A DNA stretch of 62,152 bases, filler included, from Klebsormidium nitens (taxonomy: Eukaryota > Plantae > Klebsormidiophyceae): the NCBI GenBank assembly GCA_000708835.1. It is 7 parts of 7 records of this genome, joined end to end, with 100 filler letters (N's around TTAATTAATTAA, not from the genome) between each part and the next. Parts side by side here need not be neighbours in the genome. Positions count along the whole stretch, not along the records: positions 1 to 29,916 come from DF237776.1; positions 30,017 to 34,101 come from DF238532.1; 5 more parts are not named here. One strand, written 5' to 3'. Numbering within the stretch: position 1 is the first letter of the stretch; each line of letters opens with the position of its first letter. Below, piece by piece: positions 24,001 through 33,929 of this stretch. A program made the position numbers and the translations under genes. A model generated the notes under the pieces. That model was not told where the DNA came from. It worked only from the letters and a program-made list of their open reading frames with translations, and did not search any database.

Positions 24001-27000
24001 ATCTTGTCAGGTTCGCGGGCCTGATGAGTGCAGTTGGAAAATTTTGCGTCGGTATCCAGAATGGAATGTGGATGCTGTGCTTTCCTGTCCACCCGAGCAA
24101 CAAACAGAAGCACGCTGCGTAGGATTGCTGATGAGTTTGTGCGTTCTCACAAATGTGTTGTGATGGAGATTGCCGTCCTTTTCTCAAACGAGACTCCCAA
24201 CCTGTTTGGTTCCACTTGGTTGGTCCCGGGATCGCAAATAGCCTCTCTCTCATCTGCTGTCGACGTATCACCAACTCGTTAGCCAATGGGACATAGTTTC
24301 GAACTGACAATTAGCCCTGCATTGTTTGGCTCTCCAGTCTAGCTTTTCTAGACTGGAAGCGCTCAATGGTCACTCATCACAATGCTTAACCATCAGATTA
24401 TTCTTTGTTTCAGATTGGTCGGGCGACCGCTTTGGAAGTACGAGCGACGGGGATCCCTTGGACCTTTGCCCCTTGCGTTGCTGTTTGTCGGGACCCCCGG
24501 TGGGGAAGATGCTACGAAAGGTAGGCCTCGCAAGAAACGTTACGTGACTTGGTGTTTGAAGCATTCGGGACGGACGAAAGGCAGAACGTCATTGTGATGG
24601 TGTGGTTTTATCGGGCTCGCGTAGAATTTTCAGGACGTGTGTCACGTCTCGAAGTCGGAGAAAAAGGGAGCGTGATGGGGAAAGCATCACCGACCCGTTC
24701 CACCCTGAACTCAAAATCTACGCGTTTCCGTAATCCAACTCACCGCTTCCCAAAATCCCAAGACCTTCTGGCGACGGGATCGACCTTCTGACTCATGGAC
24801 CTTGAGAGTCATGGGGTAAACTCTTTATTAAGCGGTCTTTCGGACGCTGTGTGCGGAACGTGGGCCGTCAGATATGCAGCTCAAGCGATGTTGAGCCTTG
24901 ACAACGGACTGTCGCTTACTGTGCAAAAAAAGCGTCCGTTAGTAGATCAATCCTTCCGTCGCAGGCTTAGTCCGCTTTTGTTCCTTTTCGTCTGCCAGCT
25001 CGACAATTCAGCTCTGCACGTGTAGAATGCGAATAAGGTGTAGTCTGGATTTCCAAAAAAGAAGTCCGCTGCGGAATTATCCAGGGTTCGGCTTCTGAAG
25101 GGCTCGTCGGTTGTCGCTGCTCTTTCCTGCTATGAAAAGCTCAACGCTGTTGCGTCAAGCAGGACTTTGATCAAACCTCCTGCTTTGCCTTGGTTGTACT
25201 GGAATTTATGCATCACCCTCCATGCTTTAGATCGCCAGATCTTCCATCACCTCGGATCCCGTCTAGTATTCGGCTTACCACAGCGCTTTCATTTGCAGGA
25301 CAATCGACTGCAGCACCAATTATGGAAATTTCCTGTATTGCAGCTTCAGACATGCCTTGTCCCGAGCTGCTCTCAAACTCTCTGAGCACCTTTCAACACC
25401 CCAAACTTTTGAGCTCTTCTCGATCTCCAACTATCTTACCAGCTTCCTTGACAAACGAGGTTGCAAAAGGCCCTGTTTTTGAAAAGCTTGCAATCTCTCT
25501 GCAGCTATAGCGACGACACGGCTCTGGTCACCGCTCTGGGCGGGGCCCTCATCGACGGGTTGCAGGGCTCGCTCTCCGGCCCCGCGGATTTTGTTGCCGC
25601 CACCGCCAAGCATTTCCTTGCGGACGGAGGTACCACTAAAGGGAAGGACGAGGTATGAGCTTTTTAGTCTGGTGGCCACAATTGTTTCTGTAGACTTTGA
25701 GACGGATACACCCCTCACATAAGGGTGTTTTGATGGCAGTATTGGCTCGTTTGCCTGTGCATTTGTACGCATAGCCTGCGTGCGAGATCGAGATCAACGG
25801 CACTGCACATGCATCGGGCTTACCAGTTAAAAACGATCTGGTCGGCTGCGATGTTCGCTTCTTGCAGCTGGAAATTGGCTTTTGAAATGAACTCTCTTTT
25901 AGACAATAATACGCGCACTTGCGATGGCCGAGGCTTTGGATCGGGTCTCGTTACACATTGCTACCTACTTCTGAAGTGCAAGTCTTTTGCGAATCGAACC
26001 AAGATCGGCGCACCTCACACAATGACATGAGCTCCAAAGTGGACTTTCTCTTTCTAGGGGGACGCAAAAGGCAGCGACGCCGACCTTCGTCGCCTCTTCC
26101 TCCCCCCCTACATCGAGGCCGTGAAGCGCAACGTACTGTCGATCATGCCGTCGTACAGCAGCTGGAACGGAATCAAGATGCACGCGAATAAGCACTTGTT
26201 GACAGACCTACTGAAAAAGGAGCTTGGGTTCAAGGTACGTTGCGCGCTTCGGCTTTTCTCTTCCCTGATGTTATCTGCCACGTTCGTCGTTGGAAATTGT
26301 TTGTAAGCTGAAACGGACACACGATGTACGCGGGTAAGCACTTGCTGACGGACCTACTGAAAGAAGAGCTTGGGTTGAAGGTACGTTGCCCGCTTCGGCT
26401 TTTTCACCGTTAGCTTCTCAACCAGGTTCGGCTGAGATTCGCGTGTAAGCTGGAACGGAGTTAAGATGCACGCGAATAAGCACTTGCTGACGGATCTACT
26501 GAAAACGGAGCTTGGATTTAAGTATGTTGCGTGATCTGGCTTCTTTCTTTATCTTATGACTGTAACCGGAGTCGGGAAAGAGATTGCGTGGAAGCTGGAA
26601 TGGAAGCAAGATCCACGTGCACAAGCACTTGCTGACGGACCTTTTAGCAAGAGCTTGGATGGAAGGTACATTGTTTGAGTTCGCTTCTATGTGCTTGGAA
26701 GTTTTGACTAGATTCATGCTCGACACGGTATGCATCGGTAATGTGGAACCGGGACCAAGCTGCACGCGAATAAGGTCTTGCTAACGGACCCACTTAAGAG
26801 GGAGCTAAGGTTCGAAGTATGGCTTCCGGTCATTGGAAAGAGGCTCGGTCATTGGAAAAAGCCTCTTAAAGGGCTTACCTTGAGGCCGATCAGGAACGGA
26901 AAGGAGGCCGACGACATTTGCCGTGCATCGCGAGTGCCTTGTGTCAATCCGATCTGACACCATCTTTTTGGAACATCTTCTGGATTGGATTGAAACAAAT

Positions 27001-29086
27001 GTCGGGGGTCAATCCCAAAAGCAATTGACTGGCCGCTGCAGCTAGTTTAAGCCGGCGCCCGAATGCTGACACTCTTTTCGCACTTCGTTCGTTGTTCGGT
27101 GTGGCAGGGTTTTCTGGTGTCAGATTGGGGCGCCATCAACCAGCTACCGCAGAGCACGGACGCCTTGCGGCTTTACGACTCAATAAATGCGGGTGTCGAC
27201 ATGGTAATGATGGGCGACAGGGAGCGGTTGCAAGACGTCATCCGTGACCTCATCGCGGGGGTCAAGGGCGGACACGTGTCGGACGCGAGGATAGACGACG
27301 CGGTCAAGCGGATTCTTAGAGCGAAGGTGGGACTGCATGTTCTGCAACGTTCGTACAAAGGTTTACTTCAAAAGCTTTGAACGAGCAGACTGCCGCTGCT
27401 TTGAGAAGTTCAAGCTGGCGTGATGGCACTTCCCTCGTGACCAGCATGGACTGCTGTATTAAAGAGGTGCTGGTAAGCATATCGAAGATATGCTGGCCTT
27501 TTGCTTTCGAGCTCGGCGGCCCTGAAAGGACTGGCGGCACCTCATTGTCGGCTAGTGGAACTGTAATGTTGACAAACTCGCAGATCAAAGTGCAGAATGT
27601 GACACCCGCTTGTCGCTGGTTGGTCACTTTGCGCTCCTTTACGAATCTACACGAGCACATCGAGTATTTCCGAACGTACTGATGCTTGAGGACTTTATGG
27701 TTGGACTATTTGGCTCGAGTAGATGTCCCCGGAATCCTTGCTCCAGTCAGGTTCGTCTATGCAAGACCACTCGGGAGAAGTTTGGATGTTGGACTTGCGG
27801 ACTTCTGGAAGTTCTGAGATACTCCAATCCGCTCAACGAATGCAAGAAGTCTTTGCATATCCCTGCCGTTACGAGATCGTCCTAGCAAACTAGCAACTAG
27901 CGGCAGGGGAACATGACACAGAGAAAGAAACGCGTTTCATTTCATCGCAGTCCTTATATCACAAAACCATGGGTCAGAAGCAGATTGCGGATACAGTCCC
28001 TTAAACGCCTTTTACGAATGTATGGGTTTCAAACCGCAGGTAAAAGTGGGCCTTTTCGAGCACGCCTTTGCAAACCGCACGCTCCTCTCCCAAGTGGGCA
28101 CCCACCGCCAGCTGGCGCGCGAGGCCGTCCGCCAGTCCGTTGTCCTTCTGAAGAATGGAATGAGGACGGAGCGGAACGGAACGAACGGAACAGCGGGGAG
28201 CGAGCGGGTCTTGCCGCTCAGGAAAGATGGAGTGAAGACTTTGGTGGCGGGGAGAAGCGCCGACGATATCGGAAGGCAGTGCGGAGGCTGGACGCTGACG
28301 TGGCAAGGGGCGAGCGGAAACACAGTACCTGGTAAGCAGTTCCCCTGTTATACTTCAACTTCTTCTGCGGATGTTTCTTCTTAGTTGAAGAGTTGGGGTC
28401 AAAACAGGAGGCGCCGTTTCGGCAGAGCGCGCAATCGATTGAAATCAACGGACGGTTTATGGTGCGGTCCTTTGTTGTCATGTATCTATTTGCACGGGCA
28501 TTCACTTAACGCCGGCTTTGTACTCGAACACTAAAGAAGAGACTATGAACCTGTTTCCTGGAAACCCGTGACTCCTCCAATCTGTGCATCGACGCACCAC
28601 TTGCGCTCTACATTTCATGCTCTCCTTCATACCTCATTCGATCCGTGACAAAGGAAGGCCTCCGAATGTGGCCCCGCAGATCCTTATTCGATGTTCACTT
28701 TTTCTCCGAATGCTCATGAAAGTGGATATCCCAGGATTCTGAGGAAACTTGCCACAGCTTTAATGAAGTGGCAAGCTCCAAGCCGAATCCTTGGGGAGAC
28801 CAACCTGTCTGGTTCCTGGCTCTTAAAATCCGACTCCCTTTCGCACCGACAGGAACCACGATACTTCAAGCGGTCAAGTCCGCCGTCTCCAACAGCAGTT
28901 CCGTTGTGTACGACAAGGACGTCAACGGAACGGTTCCGCCGGCGGACGTCGGAATCGTGGTCGTGGGCGAGAACCCGTACGCCGAGTATTACGGGGACGA
29001 TCCGAAGCTGGAGCTGAACGGAACGGATCCTGCGGTGGTCCGGAAAGTGTGTGGCGCGATGCCGTGCGTCGTGGTTCTTGTTACCG
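21020..29086 (+). CDS. GH3 beta-glucosidase/exo-beta-glucanase with type II membrane anchor; final exon(s) missing at the contig end
   Basis: Phase-consistent exons 21020-21180, 22044-22192, 22846-23054, 23819-23962, 24414-24520, 25505-25652, 26058-26234, 27108-27326, 28040-28331, 28853-29086. Motifs [46 protein letters not shown] (nucleophile), [12 protein letters not shown] (acid/base). Confidence 0.92.
26160..26820 (+). repeat. About 145-bp tandem array of the GH3 exon end ([25 protein letters not shown]) plus donor, 5 units including the real one
   Basis: Donor-like GTA sites at 26235 (real), 26381, 26522, 26666 and ~26817, each preceded by a copy of the exon end. Confidence 0.92.
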
Positions 29087-29460
29087 GTGAGTGATTTGTC
29101 CTTTCCGACATTCCGGTGCGCTTGGCAAGAATTGGACCGGAATGCTCCTGGACTGAGAAGGAGCAGCGAGAAGAAACGGCGGCGGCGCGATGCCGTGCGT
29201 CAGAGCTCTGGTAAAGGGGGAGTTGTTCCTGCTTTCTGACATTCCGGTGCGCTTGATCGGAATTTGACTGGAATGCTTTACGGTTTATGAGGAGCAACGA
29301 GAGAACGGCTGCTGCGCAATGCCGTGCGTCGTAGTTCTCGTGACCGGTGAGTTGTGTGTCCTTTCTGGGGATGCCGGCGGGCTTGGACGGATCCGACCGG
29401 AATGCTCTACAGCTTGGCAGGAGCAGCGAGAAAGAACGGCTGCGGCGCAGTGCCCTGACG
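29054..29460 (+). repeat. About 130-bp tandem array of the GH3 exon end ([11 protein letters not shown]) plus donor, 4 units including the real one
   Basis: gcgc(g/a)atgccgtgcgtc-like starts near 29054, 29184, 29314 and 29445. The third unit keeps accg|gtgagt. Confidence 0.88.
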
Positions 29461-29916
29461 TGGGGAAGCGTTTTGCCATATCCCCATGTCATTCCTCGCT
29501 TGGCCGCCGGAGACGGTACGGGACTTGAGCGGACTTCGAAACTTCGGTCGAAAGTGCAGCGGAGAGTATAGGACTTGACGGTTGTCCAAAGACTCTGCAA
29601 AACGATATCGTGCACCGTAGTCTGTCGTCAGAAATGCGTTGTGTGTGCCCGTTACGACATTCCCCCCCAGCTCGGTTGGGCCGGAGAACGGCCGGATCGG
29701 AATCAATCACCAATCAACGGAGGTCGTAATCAAAGTGACTCGAAAGCCCTGGGTCTTTCACGGCAAGAGCCCTGCGCATCACCTGGGCAGTGTTTGGAAT
29801 GCGCTTTTTGAACCCACCGGAGGTTGAGCGTCAATTCAGCTTACGGTTTTCGTTGTTAGGAGAGGATTTTCCGCTACCCTACTGCGCTTGGAGGTTCAAT
29901 GTCAAGTATTCCTCAT

Positions 29917-30016
29917 NNNNNNNNNNNNNNNNNNNNNNNNNNNNNNNNNNNNNNNNNNNNTTAATTAATTAANNNNNNNNNNNNNNNNNNNNNNNNNNNN
30001 NNNNNNNNNNNNNNNN
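29917..30016. other. Artificial contig linker (N44-TTAATTAATTAA-N44)
   Basis: The identical 100-nt six-frame-stop linker also occurs at 34102-34201, 40508-40607, 42635-42734, 49365-49464 and 57526-57625. Confidence 0.97.
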
Positions 30017-30017
30017 A

Positions 30018-31289
30018 TCCGTGACCAACATCAACACGATCGAATGCACGAACTACATGAATCCTCCGGCTCCTCGAGTGGTGGTGAGCAAGATGATAGG
30101 CAAGCCGGGCGAAGCCCGCTCGTTCGACTGTGGGCCCGCGGGCCTCAGCGGAATGCTCCTGAAAGCGTCGGCCGTGGTGGATTCCATCCAACCCATCTGC
30201 GGCACGGACCTGGGCACGAAGGACGTCAACGCGTACATCAAAGGCTACCCCTGGTCCACCGGTGCTTCCATCGGCGGACCTAACGCGCCCCAGTTCGCTC
30301 AATGGTGTGCAGCCGGCAGTCGACCGGCCGGCGACAAGGCTCTCATAACATCCATCTCAGGAGGCCCGGCGAACAACGGCAACCACCCTAATGATCTCAG
30401 CAAGTTGTCGTTCACGTGCAAAGACTTTGCGGAAATCGATGCCGTGAAGAACGATCCAGAGCGGACGGCGGACGTCTGCATCGGGACGGATCCGCTGACG
30501 CCCGAACTGTCCGGCGCGATCGACTGCAATGGTTCGATGAAGGGTTACTGCACCGGTACTCGGGCCTGGTCCAACAAGTGCAACATCTACGTCGGCAAGG
30601 TTCCGACGCAAGCCGCCGATCAAGACAGAGCGAAGATGGACCACTGCTCGACGGGTCAGAACTACAAGAGTCAGGTCTGTCAAGACTTTTGCCTCGCCGG
30701 CGGAGTCGACATGTACGTCCCCGGCGGCCCGGGAAGGCCCGCCTTCAAAGATCAGTGTAACGTGCTCTATGCGAACAAGTGCAAGGGGGACTCTTCGGAC
30801 CTGTGCTCCTGCGTCAACAAACCCCGTCTAGAAGACTGGGGGGCGGACCAGACGTACCAAGCGGTGATGAGCGCCGTGAACGGAACGGCAGGAGCGAATC
30901 GCAATCCCCAGTGTTACTTCGGACCTTGCAAGGAAAGAGGCTACAAGGCCGTCAGCTTCTCGAAAGCTGGATGCCCGAGCTGCTTGAACAGCATCACCGT
31001 CTCAGGAACCGACGGAGGAGTCGCTAGCCTGGGCAGTGCCGTCCAGTCCTGCCTCGCCAGCGATGCGCCGGCACCAGCCGCCGCTCCCTCTCCCTCCAAG
31101 AGCGGCACGTCCTCCGGTTCCTCGGGGTCCCTTCAGACGCCAGCGCCCTCTCCACCCAAGGGGTGGCTGTATGCTTTGCTCATCCTCATCGCCGTCGTCC
31201 TCGTCGCAGCGCTGCTCGAGTGGGTCTTCACAGGCGACAAACCCACTCCGAGACCCGCAGCTTCCACCATGAACCATGCGCCGACCTAG
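30018..31289 (+). CDS. Intronless cysteine-rich membrane protein resembling the NCLDV entry-fusion family A16/G9/J5 (5'-partial)
   Basis: Frame is open from the contig edge. Cysteine pattern CQDFC..C...Y..KC.....LCSC...NPQCYFGPC.....CPSC..I, then a Pro/Ser linker and a single C-terminal TM helix (WLYALLILIAVVLVAALLEWVF). Family assigned from pattern recall, not a search. Confidence 0.6.
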   Translation, partial: SVTNINTIECTNYMNPPAPRVVVSKMIGKPGEARSFDCGPAGLSGMLLKASAVVDSIQPICGTDLGTKDVNAYIKGYPWSTGASIGGPNAPQFAQWCAAGSRPAGDKALITSISGGPANNGNHPNDLSKLSFTCKDFAEIDAVKNDPERTADVCIGTDPLTPELSGAIDCNGSMKGYCTGTRAWSNKCNIYVGKVPTQAADQDRAKMDHCSTGQNYKSQVCQDFCLAGGVDMYVPGGPGRPAFKDQCNVLYANKCKGDSSDLCSCVNKPRLEDWGADQTYQAVMSAVNGTAGANRNPQCYFGPCKERGYKAVSFSKAGCPSCLNSITVSGTDGGVASLGSAVQSCLASDAPAPAAAPSPSKSGTSSGSSGSLQTPAPSPPKGWLYALLILIAVVLVAALLEWVFTGDKPTPRPAASTMNHAPT

Positions 31290-31330
31290 CCGGTCTTCGG
31301 GAAAATAATCTGATCTTCTTTCCGAACGGT

Positions 31331-31522
31331 ATGTCGGAACCCTTACCGCGATCGAGCGATTCGGGCGACCAGACCTCGAATCACAACTCCGACGCTAGGG
31401 CTAAGAAACCGCCACCGAGTACTCATCCGCCAAAGAAGAACATGGATGCAGGCGTTCCGCCCCCGAAACCCATCGAACGTTCCAGCAGCTGGTTCCGTTA
31501 CCTCACCGGATCTTGGTTCTAA
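31331..31522 (+). CDS. Small ORF (63 aa), possibly a viral gene cut by the IS607 insertion
   Basis: MSEPLPRSS...SSSWFRYLTGSWF*. The frame can be continued into the right flank of the element (see findings). Confidence 0.3.
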   Translation: MSEPLPRSSDSGDQTSNHNSDARAKKPPPSTHPPKKNMDAGVPPPKPIERSSSWFRYLTGSWF

Positions 31523-31827
31523 AAGTTGTGGAACTACTCCCTATGCATTTAGAGTCTGCGTAAGTCTGCGTCCCAAAGAATGTTTGATGTCGAGAAGCAC
31601 CGATGGGTATTGACGTTTACGCCATTTGTCCAGACACGCTTATTCAGAAGAGCATGGAATCCAGGATGTTAGAAGAGCTTGGCTGGACGGAACCCAGAGG
31701 TCCTTGCTGCTGCCAGCTTTGCTTCTCGATCCTACTCAATCCTTCTCGAAACCTATCGAACTTCGGTCACGTCACACCTTATTAAGACCGAACAACATTG
31801 CTGAGGTCACCCTGCCATCGACGCGCC

Positions 31828-31835
31828 TATAAAAG
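31828..31835 (+). promoter_or_regulatory. TATA box upstream of tnpA
   Basis: TATAAAAG starts 58 nt before the ATG at 31886, followed by a pyrimidine-rich leader. Confidence 0.5.
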
Positions 31836-31885
31836 CCCGGATTACAAACATTCTCTCTCATTTCCAAAGATGCTCCCTCCACACA

Positions 31886-32836
31886 ATGTTCCTCGGCTTC
31901 AAGGCCGCCAAGGCCCACTTCGGGGTCTCCTCTTGCACACTCCGAAGGTGGGCCAATGAAGCCAAGGTCGTCTCCAAGCGCACCGCTGGCAACCACAGGG
32001 TCTTCCTCGCCGCCACCTCCCAAGCGGAAGAAGGCCGGGAACGCCTCGCCTACTGCCGTGTCAGCAGCTCCAAGCAGCGCGACGACCTGCAGCGCCAGAA
32101 GGACTTTCTCGCTCACCAATACCCCGGACACCGCATTGTCACGGACGTGGGCTCCGGCATCAACTTCAAGAGACCCGGACTGCTATCCCTTCTGGAACGA
32201 GTCTTGCAAGGCCGAGTATCGCAAGTGGTGGTTACCAGCAAAGACCGCCTGTGCCGCTTCGCGTTCGAGCTCCTTCAATGGATCTGCCTCCGCCAAGGGA
32301 CACAGATCCTGGTTCTCGATTCAGGAGACAAGTCACCAAACGAGGAGTGCACAGAGGACATCCTGGCCATCATGCAAGTATTCGCTGGTAGATGGAACGG
32401 CAAGAGGCGCTACAAGCAGGGAGGCGCGCGCAAGCGGGGCTCCCCCGACGGCAGTTCAGGTGGCTCGGGCGTGCCCGACTGTGTGCAGGAAGATCCGGGC
32501 CTTCCCGACGGCGCAGCAGCGCAACATACTCCGGAGGCTGGTGGGCGGGTGCAGGAAGCTGTACAACGAGGCGGTCTCCATGATCCGGGATCGCAGGCTG
32601 CCGTTCGCGAGCGAGGCGGAGTTCCGGGAGGCCGAGCGAGAGCGAGGGCTCCGGCTCGCCGAGCGGAAGCGCAAGGCCAGAAGCGGCCAAGAGGAGGAGA
32701 GCGGGCGAGGGGAGGGGGCGGGAGCGTACAAGGGCACGAAGCACCCGTGGCTCGACAAGGTGTACGTGAAGAACTTTCTGGTCCCGGAGAAGAGTGCATT
32801 CGTGCGGGCGAACCCGTACCTGAAGGACGTGCCTAA
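31886..32836 (+). CDS. tnpA: IS607 TnpA serine recombinase (N-terminal MerR-like HTH plus catalytic domain) with a long C-terminal run-on
   Basis: HFGVSSCTLRRWANE..RTAGNHR (HTH), AYCRVSSSKQRDDLQRQ (catalytic Ser), DVGSGINFKRPGL, KDRLCRFAFEL, EDILAIMQVF..GKRRYK. Confidence 0.92.
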   Translation: MFLGFKAAKAHFGVSSCTLRRWANEAKVVSKRTAGNHRVFLAATSQAEEGRERLAYCRVSSSKQRDDLQRQKDFLAHQYPGHRIVTDVGSGINFKRPGLLSLLERVLQGRVSQVVVTSKDRLCRFAFELLQWICLRQGTQILVLDSGDKSPNEECTEDILAIMQVFAGRWNGKRRYKQGGARKRGSPDGSSGGSGVPDCVQEDPGLPDGAAAQHTPEAGGRVQEAVQRGGLHDPGSQAAVRERGGVPGGRARARAPARRAEAQGQKRPRGGERARGGGGSVQGHEAPVARQGVREELSGPGEECIRAGEPVPEGRA

Positions 32837-33929
32837 GGAGACGAGGCAGCAGGCGGTGGAAGACGCGATCGAGGCGTGCAAGGCGGCCCTGAGCAACGTG
32901 CGAGCGGGCAACATCGAGCACTTCAGCCTGGGGTTCCGGAAGAAGAAGGACCCGCGGTGGTCGCTGGCAGTGGCGTTCAATGCGGTTTCAGGCAGCAGGT
33001 TCTGGCCGCGCAAGATCAAGGAGTTCGGGCAGCTGCGGGTGGCGGAGCCAGGGCACCTGAGGCCCCACTACGACAGGGAGCTGAAGGTCTCCAAAGACGA
33101 GCTGGGCCGCTACTGGATGCTGGTCCTGAGTGCGAAGGGCCCCGCCAGGGGCACGAACGAGGCTGCGGCCAGGGTGGAGGCGCTGGCAGAGTCGACCCGC
33201 GAGAACCAAGCGGGGGACCGGCCCGTAGCTGCCATCGACCCCGGCGTGCGGACTCGGCACTCGATCTACATGACGGACGGCAGGGTGGTGGACGTAGGCG
33301 GGGGAGACATCGCCCGTGTGGTGCGGCTCTGCCGCCACGTAGACCGCTGCATCTCCGCGCTGAAGAAGGGAGAATTCTGTGTGTCACGGAAGCACGTGAG
33401 GCGTGAGCCTGGTGCGTCTACTATGCGGCTGTTCGACCACTACCGCCCGGCCAAGAAGGAGCAGGGGGCGCATGTCGTCCCGCTAGACGGGCGTAGCAGG
33501 GAGCACATTCGGGCGAAGATGCACCGGCTGAGGGCAAAGGTACAGGCGCTGAAGGACGAGGTAGACAATCAGACGGTTGCATACCTGGTAAGGGAGTGCA
33601 AGGCGGTGCTCCTCCCGCCGTTCGACACGCATCGCATGGCGACGCGGCTGAATCACAAGACGGCACGGGCGATGATGCAGTGGAGGCACGGGGCATTCAA
33701 AGCCAAGCTGTTGGAGCGGGCAGCACGGATGGGCGTGCAGGTGATGGTCGTTCCGGAGGCGTACACGAGCAAGACATGTGGGGCGTGTGGGTGGCTGCAC
33801 CCAAGCTTGGGAGGGGCGAAGACGTTCCAGTGCAGGAGCTGTGGAGTGGAGTTAGACCGGGACCACAACGGTGCCCGTAATATCTTCCTGAGAGCAATTC
33901 GGTCTTGGGGAGTAGATAGCCCCGAATGA
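31956..33929 (+). CDS. tnpB: Fanzor2/TnpB RNA-guided nuclease; recognisable core starts ~32485, true start uncertain
   Basis: KIRAFPT..Q...L......R.LYN N-terminus, RuvC-I AIDPG, Pro at the canonical Glu position (VLLPPF), alternative Glu in VPEAYTSKTC, zinc finger CGAC...CRSC, RuvC-III DRDHNGARNI. No stops or frameshifts. Confidence 0.93.
   Translation: MKPRSSPSAPLATTGSSSPPPPKRKKAGNASPTAVSAAPSSATTCSARRTFSLTNTPDTALSRTWAPASTSRDPDCYPFWNESCKAEYRKWWLPAKTACAASRSSSFNGSASAKGHRSWFSIQETSHQTRSAQRTSWPSCKYSLVDGTARGATSREARASGAPPTAVQVARACPTVCRKIRAFPTAQQRNILRRLVGGCRKLYNEAVSMIRDRRLPFASEAEFREAERERGLRLAERKRKARSGQEEESGRGEGAGAYKGTKHPWLDKVYVKNFLVPEKSAFVRANPYLKDVPKETRQQAVEDAIEACKAALSNVRAGNIEHFSLGFRKKKDPRWSLAVAFNAVSGSRFWPRKIKEFGQLRVAEPGHLRPHYDRELKVSKDELGRYWMLVLSAKGPARGTNEAAARVEALAESTRENQAGDRPVAAIDPGVRTRHSIYMTDGRVVDVGGGDIARVVRLCRHVDRCISALKKGEFCVSRKHVRREPGASTMRLFDHYRPAKKEQGAHVVPLDGRSREHIRAKMHRLRAKVQALKDEVDNQTVAYLVRECKAVLLPPFDTHRMATRLNHKTARAMMQWRHGAFKAKLLERAARMGVQVMVVPEAYTSKTCGACGWLHPSLGGAKTFQCRSCGVELDRDHNGARNIFLRAIRSWGVDSPE

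Noticed and set aside
29917-30016. Repeated TTAATTAATTAA motif as a biological repeat, and gene neighbourhoods across it (e.g. Fanzor next to Crinkler or GH3)
   Set aside because: It is always centred in exactly 44+44 Ns and stops all six frames: an assembly linker, so cross-linker synteny is unsupported.
31296-31312. AAAATAAT as a mimivirus-type early promoter (AAAATTGA)
   Set aside because: Inexact match and a single occurrence.
32370-33897. Several antisense and alternate-frame ORFs over tnpB, and similar ones over the PPR, GH3 and TPR exons
   Set aside because: Shadow ORFs of GC-rich coding DNA with no recognisable motifs.
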